A DNA stretch of 64,000 bases from Macrostomum lignano. Taxonomy: Eukaryota. Made by a program: the position numbers and the translations under genes. Below, in pieces: positions 1 to 12,031 of the stretch. The stretch spans positions 1-64,000 of the forward strand of contig NIVC01003296.1 in assembly GCA_002269645.1 (NCBI GenBank), in the 5' to 3' direction. Below the pieces are notes generated by a model, which saw only the letters and a list, made by a program, of their open reading frames with translations, had not been told where the DNA came from and did no database searches. Numbering within the stretch: the stretch's first letter is position 1; each line of letters starts with the position of its first letter.

Positions 1-508
1 TTTGCGAATTCTGTAGTCTGTGAAGTCTGTAGTTTGTGAACTTGGTACATGTAGTTTGTGATATTTCTAGTTTGCAAAAGTGGCATTTTTACTCCTAGGA
101 GAGAAAAGGCGGGAACAGAAGAACCAGACACAGCAATAAAAGCCGAGAGACTGTGTTATAAAATGTCTTCATCAGCCAGCTGACTGTTATTTTAGCGCCG
201 CCAAATCGGCCGCCGGGTCCCCAGCAGCAGCGCCATCGATTCGGGCAATACAGCAGCAGCAGCAGCAGCTGAGCAGAGAAATTTGCTTTGGCGAACAGGA
301 GGAGGAAAGAACAGAGAGAAGGGGGAGCCGACGACTGCAGCCAAACTGTTAATTAGAAAAACAGAGGGGGATGTGAGGCCGGTCCGCAGCTATCTAATAC
401 GGAGCCTTACTCTACCGCTGCTGTGGGTGCGCATTGCAATGGCATTTGAGCTGGACTGTCCGACGGAAGTCTGCGTGTCTTCTGTCGTTTTTATTGGGAT
501 AAAAAGAC

Positions 509-1622
509 TGGGATAGAGGTCTGAGATAGAGGGACTGGATAGAGGGACTGGGATAGGGACTGGATAGATGGACTGGGATAGAGGGACTGGATAGAGGGAC
601 TGGGATAGAGGGACTGGGATAGAGGGACTGGGATAGAGGGTCTGGGATAGAGGGACTGGGATAGAGGGACTGGGATAGAGGGACTGGATAGAGGGTCTGG
701 GATAGAGGATCTGGGATAGATGGACTGAGATAGAGGGACTGGGATAGAGGGACTGGGATAGAGGGACGGGATAGAGGATCTGGGATAGATGGACTGAGAT
801 AGAGGGACTGGGATAGAGGGACTGGATAGAGGGACTGCGGATAGAGGGACTGGGATAGAGGGACTGGATAGAGGGTCGGGATAGAGGACTGGGATAGATG
901 GACTGAGATAGAGGACTGGGATAGAGGGACTGGGATAGAGGGACTGGGATAGATGGGCTGGGATAGAGGGACTGGGATAGAGGGACTGGGATAGAGGACT
1001 GGGATAGAGGGACTGGGATAGAGGGACTGGGATAGATGGGCTGGGATAGAGGTCTGAGATAGAGGATCTGGGATAGAGGGGCTGGGATAGATGGGCTGGA
1101 ATGAAGTATCGATATAGACGCATCGGGATAAAGGTATCGGGATAGAGGCATCGGGATAGAGGTATCGTGATCGAGGTATCGGGATAGAGGTATCGGGATA
1201 GAGGTATCGGTGGATGGAGGTATCGGGATGGAGTATCGTGATAGGGCATCGGGATAGAGGCATCGGGATAGAGGTATCGGGATAGAGGTATCGGGATAGA
1301 GGTATCGGGATAGGGTATCGGGATGCGAGGTATCGGATAGAGGTATCGGGATAGAGGTATCGGGATAGAGGCATATCGGATAGAGGCATCGGGATAGAGG
1401 TATCGGGATAGAGGCATCGGGATAGAGGCATCGGGATAGAGGTATCGGGATAGAGGCATCGGGATAGAGGCATCGGATAGAGGTATCGGGATAGAGGTAT
1501 CGGGAGAGGCATCGGGATAGAGGTATCGGGATAGAGGTATCGGGATAGAGGCATCGGGATAGAGGCATGGATAGGCATCGGGATAGAGGTATCGGCGATA
1601 GAGGTATCGGGATAGAGGTATT
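509..1622. repeat. 14-bp minisatellite array in two subdomains (GGGATAGAGGGACT, then GGGATAGAGGTATC)
   Basis: Direct tandem periodicity. The unit variant switches around 1090-1120. The array explains the long low-complexity ORFs 390..1650. Confidence 0.95.
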
Positions 1623-1715
1623 GGACAGAAGTATTGGTATAACGGGACAAACTTTATGAATATTGCAATTGAGCTAAAAGGTTAGCACAGGTTTGCTCAG
1701 CGCCACAAAATCTTA

Positions 1716-1982
<267 letters not shown>

Positions 1983-2064
1983 TTAGGGAGATAGTTTGAC
2001 TCTACTTGAGCACCTGAGACTTGACATTGCAGGATTATTTATAGTAGTGTGGGTAGGAATACTC

Positions 2065-2475
2065 AAGTAGCTAATGTGCTGGCCTCCTCTCCTACTTATG
2101 TAGCTAATGTGCTAGGTGTCCCCTACTCAAGTAGCTAATGTGTTGGGTGTCCCTCCTACTCACGTAGCTAATGTGTTGGGTGTCCCCTCCTACTCAATTA
2201 GCTAATGTGCTGGGTGTCCTCTCCTACTCACGTAGCTAATGTGCTGGGTGTCCCCTCCTATTCACGTAGCTAATGTGTTGGGTGTCCCCTCCTATTCAAT
2301 TAGCTAATGTGCTGGGTGTCCCACCTACTGAAGTAGCTAATGTGCTGGGTGTCCCCTATTACTCATGTAGCTAATGTACTGGGTGTCCCCTCCTACTCAA
2401 TTAGCTAATGTACTGGGTGTCCCTCCTACTCATGGCTAATGTGCTGGGTGTCCCACCTACTGAAGTAGCTAATGT
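2065..2475. repeat. ~40-bp minisatellite (TAGCTAATGTGCTGGGTGTCCCCTCCTACTCAAG-like)
   Basis: About 10 tandem degenerate copies seen directly. Confidence 0.9.
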
Positions 2476-3521
2476 GATGTAAGATTTGAGGCCGTCTGCC
2501 CTCCCAACTCAGAGCTAGTTAGTACCCAACATACTTTCAATTAAAATTAAAATCTAATTCCAGACAGAACGTCTCAGACTAGATAATAGCTTCATAATTT
2601 GGCCATGGCCTTTTTAGAGGACTAAGAAGGAAGCGGCTGTCCTGGATGAGACTGTCGGAGTCTGGCATCTCCGCAATGGCTGTCATTTGAACTGTGCGCA
2701 GCCCCAGGCTAATTTTGATTTAAGGAACTCCAGTTGAAAAGTCAGCCCACTGCCGAACAAAAAGCAGCCAAGGAGACGAAGGAGAATTAGTGCATTTTCT
2801 GAGGGGGGGCGGCGCATAAATTTCTGGCCGAGCTGTTGCGGGCGGAAATGAGGAGTCGGGGAGGAGGAGCATAGGGAAAGCTCGTCTCTCTTCTTCACAC
2901 TTTGAAAAAAAATTCGCGGACTTGAAAACTGGTCAAGGCAGCCAGCCCCTGGGCATGGCGGAGATGGCCGGTTCTAATTGTAGGAAAGGCCTCGGGCAAT
3001 AATTGGTGTGCCCATAGGAAGCGGGCCCGACTTGTGCGCCCCAACCGGTGCATGCGGCGAACTTTCTGGCGCAGTCGAGCACGGGCCCAATTTGACTAGC
3101 AATGAGAATGGATAAATGAGGGCCAGAACTGCAGTGGCTATGGGCTGAGCTGCGCTGAGATGTGGAGGATCATATTTTCTTTGGCATGGATCTCGCCGCC
3201 TTCCAGCTCTTTCTGAGTCATCTTGAAGTCACACCGCCTGCCCGACCCTCCAGGAGCCCATCAGTCAATCGGGAGAGCAGTTGAGACTCGGACATTCCTC
3301 TGTACCCCAAGCTCTTTTCTTGTCCCCCCGATTTTTCAATCAGCGGCAATATTTCGCGGAATTTCACCAGCGGGCAAGGGCGGAGTTTTTTATTATTTGC
3401 TGTTGCCGGGGCTAAACCTTGCGGGCAAATTGAAAACCGCTAATTTCCACTGGATGAAAGACTGAAAATCCGAAACTAAGCTTAGCATTTCTTTCATACT
3501 CCATAACAGGCTCAAACACCA

Positions 3522-4037
3522 CTGTAGTGTAACAAGACGTAAAACTCAAAGATCGTGTAATTTTTTGGAGGCCGATTTCCTGGAAAGAATACACTGCGGA
3601 GATAGAAAACCTTTTTCACATAATCTATGATTGCATTTTTTGTCAATTTAGCATGCGCAACATGTTACTCTGTTGTATTTTATACAGCTGTGTAGTGCAA
3701 GTTTCATTTTAATATTGTTTTATTTTTGTTACAGAAGCCTCAAGTTGTAAATATTCGCATTGTCATTCTTAAGTTTTGTTCCTTCTTAATTGAATCCAGG
3801 ATATTTGTAATAAATTTTGCATCCAGGTACTCTTAAGCCATCATTGTAGGTATGATTCCATTCCAATGAATATTAGTTCCTACTAATATTCACTTTGGGT
3901 TTATGAAGTAAAAAGAAAACAGTAGTAGGAAACTTTCACTTTTTTCTTTTTTCCTATCTCCGCAGTGTCTTTTTCCCAGGAAATCGGCCTTCAAAAATTT
4001 ACACGTTCTTTGAGTTTTATGTCCTGTTACACTACAG
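3522..4037. mobile_element. Small foldback/MITE-like element with ~90-bp inverted arms
   Basis: 3522-3609 is the near reverse complement of ~3948-4037 (CTGTAGTGTAACA...GGCCGATTTCCTGG...CACTGCGGAGATAG), around an AT-rich spacer. No TSD identified. Confidence 0.6.
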
Positions 4038-4054
4038 GAGCTTGCTGGGAGGAA

Positions 4055-4220
4055 TTGCTGAGATGTCAAGGTTACTTGGGGGAATTTCTGAAATGTCAAG
4101 GCTTACTGGGAATTGCTGAGACTTCAAGGCTTGCTGGGGGAATTACTGAGATGTGAAGGCTTACTTGGGGGATTTCTGAGATGCCAAGGCTTACTGGGGA
4201 AATTATTGAGATGTCATCAA
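4055..4220. repeat. Degenerate ~29-30-bp tandem repeat (GGGAATTGCTGAGATGTCAAGGCTTACT-like)
   Basis: 5-6 diverged copies. Confidence 0.75.
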
Positions 4221-5187
4221 GGCTTATGGCATATTGAGCTCCTGCTGCGGACCAGAATATGCCCAGGCCAATGACGATATGCCCTAAGAGTTTGTGCTTG
4301 AAAGGATAAGTACTATTTGCTGAATGAGAAAGGCTTTTGGGCTGATGAAGGAAACTTTGGCTGGTGAAGGTTTTTATTCATGGCAATTTATTTTTGCCAA
4401 AAATAGAAAAAGTAAATTTTGATTAATGGATTTTGAATAATAAGTAAGGTTATTACTCATTGGCAAAATAAAAACCACTTGGCGTCATTTTTTGCGCCCC
4501 CCAACGGGGGGGTTAAATTGCTAGTAACTAACTAAAAATGGTGTTATGCAGCTGTACGAGCGTAATATAAAAAATATGCAAGTAAAACTTTCACTTGCCT
4601 GAAATTTGGGACACGTTGTTTTTTTACTGTTTATTGATTTAAAAAAATCGTCTGGCCAGCAAATTGAAAATCAGAAGATTTCAATGCAGATCCTCACTGG
4701 GTTCGTTAAGCAGCGATTGTTAGTGGAAAGTTTTTTTCCTAGAATATCGTGGCCCGCCGGCGTCTGGGCTCTCCAATTGACGAGCTTGAGCCGTCTGCCT
4801 TTTAGCTGGTGGTTAAAGTGTAGGAGAAATGTCACGGTACAATGCTGGCGCAATGCGTGATTGGCCGCCTTAGGCAAAGCCAATGGGATTATAGATATAG
4901 GCTAGAGACGATGCGAAATCTAAAAAAACTTGAAAATATGGACTTGCACTAAAAGTAAGTTTTCTTACTGTGATTGATGCGGCCCTGAGACTTGATGAAG
5001 AGGTTTCTGTTCTGAGACGACTTTTCTACTGATATTACTTTGACTGACTGTTTAAGCAAAAAGCCTTTATATATGAATTTATTTACAATTATGAAATTAA
5101 TTTTCTTTTTTTTAAGAGTTCTGGTTCACAGTATTTTATATATTATGACTTTCTTGTCGCAAACGACTCATAAATAATGTGTATTAA

Positions 5188-6918
5188 CAGTAGAACTACC
5201 AAGAGGGGGGGGGAAATTTCCCCCCCCCTGACAATTTTTTTTGCTGCGCCGGAACGGAGCAACGCAGGCACACGAAATTCAAGAACACGGGCTAACTTTT
5301 TGTTGCGCACCTTCTCAAACAAGAATCAAGTCGCCAGCCCTCCGGACCGTTGAGATATTTGACGATTCTGCCAGAAGGTCGGATTTTTCCCATAAGTGCT
5401 AGTGTATTCAGTACACCCCTGTGCGCCAATTAGCACTGCGCCGCAGTGCAGCCTTGCCAAGTCTCCAAATTTCATCAGCACGTCGAACACATGTGTCTGC
5501 ATCAGTTCTGACTTCGTTTGGTCACTAGCCTTCACCCAAGTGGAGCTTCTGGACCCTCAACAGCTGTGGCACCAGGTGATATGGACACCCTGATGCGGAT
5601 TTCTCTAGTTTCGCCGATCAAGCCTCGACAGTGGGCAAGAATCAACCGCCAGACATTCTCAGCTAGTCTCTCAAGCATCCGTCATCATCCCGACGCCGTC
5701 GGGACGCCGGGACGTCGGGACGCCGTCATCATCCCGACGTCCCGATCCCGACAGCCTGTTGCAAATATGTCAGGTTTTTCTTATCAAGCTTCAATAATGA
5801 GCAAACCTCAACTTCTGGACATCCTCAGCTAGTCAGTCAAGCATTCAGCATCACCCCGACGCCGTCGGCACCTTTAACAGGTGGCACCAGGGGAGTAAGG
5901 ACACCTGAGCGTGATTTTTTATCATGCTCTTAACATTTCTGAAGCTCTCAAAATTTTTAAAGCACGGACATTGCTATAGTTAAGCTTGAACTCATGTTGC
6001 TGTATATTTATATTATTATTACACATACTTTTATGCATACGAGCTACATACGTATTTTATTCGAAAAGCTGTTTAGTTTATTCAACTATAAGATTGAACC
6101 CAATTTTTATGCAGAAAGGGTTATGCTTTTAAGAAGCCAGTAAATTCAATCCGTTTTTTCATTTTTAATAATAAGAAAAACCTGACATTTTTGCAACAGG
6201 ATGTCCATTGTCACCTGGTGTAATCTGTTGAAGGAGCCGACGGCGTCCGGTTGATGGCTGAATGCTTGACTGACTAACTGAGGATGTCCAGCAGTTGATT
6301 TTTGCCCACTATCGAGGCTTGATCAGCGAAACTAGAGATTTCTTATCAGGCTGTCCATAGTCACCTGGTGTAATCTGTTGAAGGAGCCGACGGCGTCGGG
6401 ATGATGACGGAATGCTTGAGAGACTAGCTGAGAATGTCTGGGGTTGATTCTTGCCCACTGTCGAGGCTTGATCGGCGAAACTAGAGAAATCCGCATCAGG
6501 GTGTCCATAGTCACCTGGTGCCACAGCTGTTGAGGGTCCAGAAGCTCCACTTGGGTGAAGGCTAGTGACCAACGAAGTCAGAACTGATGCAGACACATGT
6601 GTTCGACGTGCTGATGAAATTTGGAGACTTGGCAATGCAGCACTGAGGCGCAGTGCTGATTGGCGCACAGGGGTGTACTGAATACACTGGCACTTATGGA
6701 AAAATCCGACCTTCTGGCAGAATCGTCGAATTTCTCGACGGTCCGAAGGGCTGGCGACTTGATTCTTGTTTGAGAAGGTGCGCAACAAAAAGTTAGCCGT
6801 GTTCTTGAATTTCGTGTGCCTGCGTTGCTCCGTTCCGGCGCAGCAAAAAAAATGTCAGGGGGGAATTCCCCCCTCTTGGTAGTTCGACGGGCGGAAAAAT
6901 GGCTTGGTATTCCTACTG
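5188..6918. mobile_element. Non-autonomous TTAA-flanked (piggyBac-like) DNA transposon with ~700-bp inverted arms
   Basis: TTAA at 5184-5187 and 6919-6922. Termini CAGTAGAACTACCAAG and (rc) CAGTAGGAATACCAAG. 5188-~5890 is the reverse complement of ~6200-6886. No transposase ORF. Confidence 0.75.
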
Positions 6919-7579
6919 TTAAGCGAAAGATATATGTGGTTGGAGTTCAACTAGTGCGCAAAAATGTAAAATAATGAACGCCAAACGTGATTCCCCAAAG
7001 TCCCTGATGAAATCGGTCCCAAAAGTGCTTGGGTCTCGCTGAGCACAGGTACAATGGGTATTATATTCATGATGGATATTTTCCTGCGTTTCTTAGGAAG
7101 CTCAACGACTTCGAGATTCTTCAAGCGAAGTAGCAGCATAGTGAGTGGCCGTGGCTACAAATCCAGCCTCCGTGCCAATCAGACCCATGCGACAGTGAAG
7201 AAATATAAGCAAATAAACTGCCTGCCGAGGACGAGACTGATCAGATTTTCCATCTCAACAGTGTGAGCACCTATCTTATACGCCTGACATATGGGCGGCC
7301 AGACCTCCCCACTTAATTGAACTGATGATTGCAGGAATGAACCAGGCGCGAGCTGGCGGGCTCAAGTATGGGGATTAGGATTGGTGGCCAACATCCTCTT
7401 CCCCATTATCTATTCAAAGCCTCGCTCGGTGCTTTCTCCCCTGCCTGCGCCTCTGTCCTCACGCCCAATTATTATCCCAGCCATATGGAGGGGATGGATG
7501 GAGAGAGTGAGACTGCGGGGAAGCTGGCGGGAAGGTGAAAGGACGCGAAAAAAATTAGGATAAATTAGGGCTGCCAAAG

Positions 7580-7790
7580 AGGGAAGTGAGGGTGAGACAG
7601 AGGGAGTGGGAGAGGGAGTGAGGGTGAGACACAGGGAGTGGGAGAGGGAAGTGAGGGTGAGACACACGGAGTGGGAGAGGGAAGTGAGGGTGAGACACAC
7701 GGAGTGGGGGAGAGAAGTGAGGGTGAGACACACGGAGTGGGAGAGTTTGGGGGAGAGAAGTGAGGGTGAGACACACGGAGTGGGGAGGTA
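7580..7790. repeat. ~33-bp purine-rich minisatellite (GAGGGAAGTGAGGGTGAGACACACGGAGTGG)
   Basis: About 6 tandem copies. Confidence 0.9.
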
Positions 7791-8399
7791 ATGGGCAATT
7801 TCTCCATCTTGGCGATGTTCAAATCTGGCAGGCAAATGACATCTTTTTGAATCGCAAAGTCAGCAATTGAGAGACGTGCAATTGTCTCAACGATAAAATG
7901 CATCAATCATAAAAGACGAACATATTAAATCCGCATGTATGGATAGAGAATTTAATGAAAATTCTAAAATTCCTGAGCTCATCAAAAAGGCGTCACTAAT
8001 TGTTCTACTATTAGTAGGAAGAAATGAATATATATATTTTTTGCTTGTGTTCGGCCGTCAGAGGAATGCATCTATCAATAGAACGGTAAAAATAACCCTG
8101 ACTGACAGGGGAAAAGGCTAAGCTAACTGAATTAAAATCAAAAGGTGTGCAAAAATAGCTGTAGGCATTAAAATCGTGTTGCATTACAAAACTGAGAGAT
8201 CTATACAAATACAGTAAATCTGCCGACTAGCATCTAACAGGGGGTTCGCGGCTCAAGCGGTGTTGCGTCCCCCCCCCTTAGCCCTCAACTCTGAGGTTCT
8301 TAGAAAGGCACCAAAGTGCATAGAGTCTGCGCGCTACATTGGGTGTCATGGGCGCCTTAAGTTTGCAAATTGGAAATAAAACAATATTTTATGATGCTA

Positions 8400-8675
8400 A
8401 ATCTAGTGGCTCAAAAATATAATCTAGTGGCGTCAAAATGTAATCTAGTGACGCCAAAACAGAATCTAGTGGCGCCGAAATCTAATCAAGAGGCGCCAAA
8501 ATAAAATATAGTGGCGCCAAAGTTTAATCAAGTGGCGCCAAAGTTTAATCAAGTGGCGCCAAAATATAATCTAGTGGCGCCAAAATATAATCTTGTGGCG
8601 CCAAAGTATAATCAAGTGGCGCCAAAATAAAATCTAGTGGCGCCAAAAAATTGGTGGCGCCAAAATATAATCTAC
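8400..8675. repeat. 21-bp minisatellite (TAGTGGCGCCAAAATATAATC)
   Basis: About 12 degenerate copies. The core GGCGC(C/T)AAAAT is shared with the 21-bp arrays at 11.5, 29.4 and 63.6 kb. Confidence 0.85.
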
Positions 8676-8819
8676 TCGCCAACTCATAAGCTTTGTTGGC
8701 GCCAGAGTCCATTCCAGATGCGTCAAACTGAGTAGGACAGACACCGCATCGCGTATACCGCCGATTATGGGGAAATGAGGAAGATGGGAAAATTCCCCCA
8801 CAATGAAATCCCGCAGATT

Positions 8820-10682
8820 TTACTCAGCCGGGGGGGGGGCGCGGTCAGTCCAGCCGGAAGAAATGGCAGCTGCAGCGCGGACACTGCGCGCCCCGGCAAG
8901 CGGCCACCCGGCTGAAATCCGGCTGTTGTCGGCGGCGCTCCGGCACAGTTGGTGGAACCGGGACTCGGGCGAGCCGGCCTTGGCCAGGGTTACCATGGTG
9001 ACGAATTTGAAACGAGAGTTGGTACCAGACACGAGCAGTTGCAAAATCTGCTTAGCTATCTGGACAGCTCTGTGCGAACAATCCTCGGGCTCGTAGTCAA
9101 TCAAGGACTCCAGCTCCCGCTGCACACAGTCCAGCACTTGGCTCCAGCGGTCCTGGAGGCCGGCGGCCAGGGCGGCATCGGCTGAGTCGGCCAGCAGCCA
9201 GGAGGCCAGCGCCGGCTCAGCTGGTAGATTATCATAGACGGACTGGGAGCTGCCGACCGACGAAGCGGAGGAGGACGCCGGTGGATCCGCGGTGCCATCC
9301 GTTGGCATCCTCGGCGAGTCTTCGGCGATCGACCAGAGACAGCAAGCCTCAGAAGGCTCGTCCATCGCGTTGCCGGCCGATGGAGACAGAGGGACAATTA
9401 TCGCAGCCTCATCCGGCTCAGCCTCCGCCTCCATCGCGTCCTCATCCCATTGATAGGTTCAAATATTACTTTTTCGGCGACTGGGAACTGTCTAAGCAGT
9501 ACATTGTTTGACTCGACAATGGGAGTCGTAACGGCGTCCAACTGAGATTCTGAACCAGACCGTTGCGCATCCTGAAAAATGGGGTAAAAATGCGATGAAT
9601 ACTGAACTGATGTAGAGCGTTTAAAGTTCTGACTAGGTCTTCTTGTTGGCTACATTAACCTCTCCCTCCTGTATCTAGGCCCACTGCGGCTCACGCACTC
9701 TTCCCACTGGACCTCTGCAGCTGCCTCTCCCTCCTGTATCTAGGCCCACTGCGGCTCACGCACTCTTCCCACTGGACCTCTGCAGCTGCCTCTCCCTCCT
9801 GTATCTAGGCCCACTGCGGCTCACGCACTCTTCCCACTGGACCTCTGCAGCTGCCTCTCCCTCCTGTATCTAGGCCCACTGCGGCTCACGCACTCTTCCC
9901 ACTGGACCTCTGCAGCTGCCTCTCCCTCCTGTCCCTCAGCACACTGCAGCTCCCGCACTCTTCCCACTGGACCTCTGCAGCTGCCTCTCCCTCCTGTCCC
10001 TCAGCACACTGCGGCTCACGCACTCTTCCCACTGGACCTCTGCAGCTGCCTCCCTCCTGTATCTAGGCCCACTGCGGCTCACGCACCACTGGACCTCTGC
10101 AGCTGCCTCTCCCTCCTGTCCCTCAGCACACTGCAGCTCCCGCACTCTTCCCACTGGACCTCTGCAGCTGCCTCTCCCTCCTGTCCCTCAGCACACTGCA
10201 GCTCCCGCACTCTTCCCACTGGACTTCTGCAGCTGCCTCTCCCTCCTGTCCCTCAGCACACTGCAGCTCCCGCACTCTTCCCACTGGACCTCTGCAGCTG
10301 CCTCTCCCTCCTGTCCCTCAGCACACTGCAGCTCCCGCACTCTTCCCACTGGACTTCTGCAGCTGCCTCTCCCTCCTGTCCCTCAGCACACTGCAGCTCC
10401 CGAACTCTTCCCACTGGACCTCTGCAGCTATATACCTGTATAGCATTCCCCCCAGCCACCTACCCTGTGCAGCTGGGCCGCAGCATCCGTCAGAGCGTTG
10501 TGCTCCTCCTCGCTGACCTCCCGGCCGAGTCCTTCGTCATCGGTTTCGCCGCCATTGACGCCGGCGGACTCTGACGAGGCGCAGTTGGCAACCGTTGCAG
10601 ATCGGCGCTGCCCTGAGCAATGCCAGCTAAGCTCTGAAGCCGTCGCTTTGACTTGCATCGCTAACAGTTGCTGGCATTGAAT
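8820..10682 (-). CDS. Hypothetical protein, partial; putative exons 10682-10464 and 9571-8820, with an apparent 1-bp frameshift at ~9448
   Basis: GC-rich, protein-like frames (…GETDDEGLGREVSEEEHNALTDAAAQLHR | DAQRSGSESQ…EKVIFEPING / DEDAMEAE…QDRWSQVLDCVQRELESLIDY…). GTAGGT donor at 10463 and TTTTCAG acceptor at 9572 are in compatible phase. No family recognised. Confidence 0.5.
9660..10428. repeat. 65-bp minisatellite (intronic)
   Basis: Period of 65 (copies at 9660, 9725, …), about 12 copies. Confidence 0.95.
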
Positions 10683-11426
10683 CTTTCAGTGAGTGTAGAG
10701 ATCGAGAGACCGACAATTGCTTCGCCTCCGCCAACAACTTGGAATTATTAAACTTTGAATTGCCGCAGTTCTGCAGCTCGGGTTTCAGGAAAAAACTTTT
10801 CTAACCCTTTGGCGCCAGGCTTTGCACCGGATTTCGCCCGAGATGCCCTCCGAGTGCGGCATGCATTCTTATAAGTGCGCCATAGGGGGGGGGGTTGCTG
10901 TCTTTTGGCACCATGGGGCGAGCAGCGGTAGAATTCATAGCTGGGGGACAGGGCAAAGAGCAGCACAGTCAGAGACGTCCGACGGACAGGTTCAATTAAT
11001 TCATTTTGTATTCAAAGCATGCGAGTGCCAACCCGAGCGTAACAGCTAACAGAATAGAATGGCGATAAACTCTATTGGAACAATAAGTGTTGTTGGCGCG
11101 CAGAGAGGCACAGAGGCTACAGTGCAGCGCACTCATGGATGCGGAGAGAGATGAGGCAGAAGCCTATTTTCCCAGCAAAGCAGAGCAGTGAGGCAGGGAC
11201 AGCGAAGCAAGCTCAGTCCATATGATTACTCGGCTGCAGATGGCTATGCCTGCTGCTCAAGATCTGCATAATTAAAGGAAAGGAGACAACTCAGCTTAGG
11301 GATGGATTATAATTATAGCACACACGTGACCGTCCTCTTCAACAATCAGCTTTCCCTTCTGTATATTCTACTATAGAGAGCGCAAGAAAACTGAAAAAAA
11401 AACACAGGATTCGAAAAAACCGTCTG

Positions 11427-12031
11427 CATGGGCGTCGCCATGGATTTTATGGTGGGGGACAAAGCCAAGAATTCTACATGCACATGTACATGACTAAATT
11501 CCTACATGTACCCCTTTCCTACCTTTGAGTCGGTGTTATCAGTGCTCATTTTAGCGCCGCAGGCACTCATTTTAGCGCCGCAGGCACTCATTTTAGCGCC
11601 GCAGGCACTCGTTTTGGCGCCGCAGGCACTCATTTCAGCGCCACAGGCACTCATTTTAGCGCCGCAGGCACTCATTTTAGCGCCACAGGCACTCATTTTA
11701 GCGCCACAGGCACTCGTTTTGGCGCCGCAGGCACTCATTTCAGCGCCACAGGCACTCATTTCAGCGCCACAGGCACTCGTTTTGGCGCCGCAGGCACTCA
11801 TTTTAGCGCCGCAGGCACTCGTTTTGGCGCCGCAGGCACTCATTTCAGCGCCACAGGCACTCATTTTAGCGCCACAGGCACTCATTTCAGCGCCACAGGC
11901 ACTCGTTTTGGGGCCGCGGGTGCTCTATTTTGTCACTCTGAAGCAAAACTATTGATTTCCATAACAGGTCACAAGGGGTGGAGGGAACAAGCCCCAGCTC
12001 CCCAGCTGTCCCTCCGAAGGCGACGCGCCTG
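11427..12031 (+). mobile_element. hAT-like MITE carrying an internal 21-bp tandem array (GCACTCATTTTAGCGCCGCAG, 11540-11905)
   Basis: Termini CATGGGCGTCGCC and GGCGACGCGCCTG. Flanking 8-mers ACCGTCTG and GCTGTCTG match 6/8 (possible decayed 8-bp TSD). The same 5' end occurs at 63498 and inverted at 30183. Confidence 0.65.

Noticed and set aside
411-481. Possible second TASK exon (AG…GTAAGG bounded)
   Set aside because: In the phase required by exon 1 it hits a TAG before the donor and does not resemble TASK sequence.
390-1650. Long ORFs (322-412 aa) in three minus-strand frames
   Set aside because: Produced by a 14-bp repeat unit with no stop codons on that strand. No start context or splice support.
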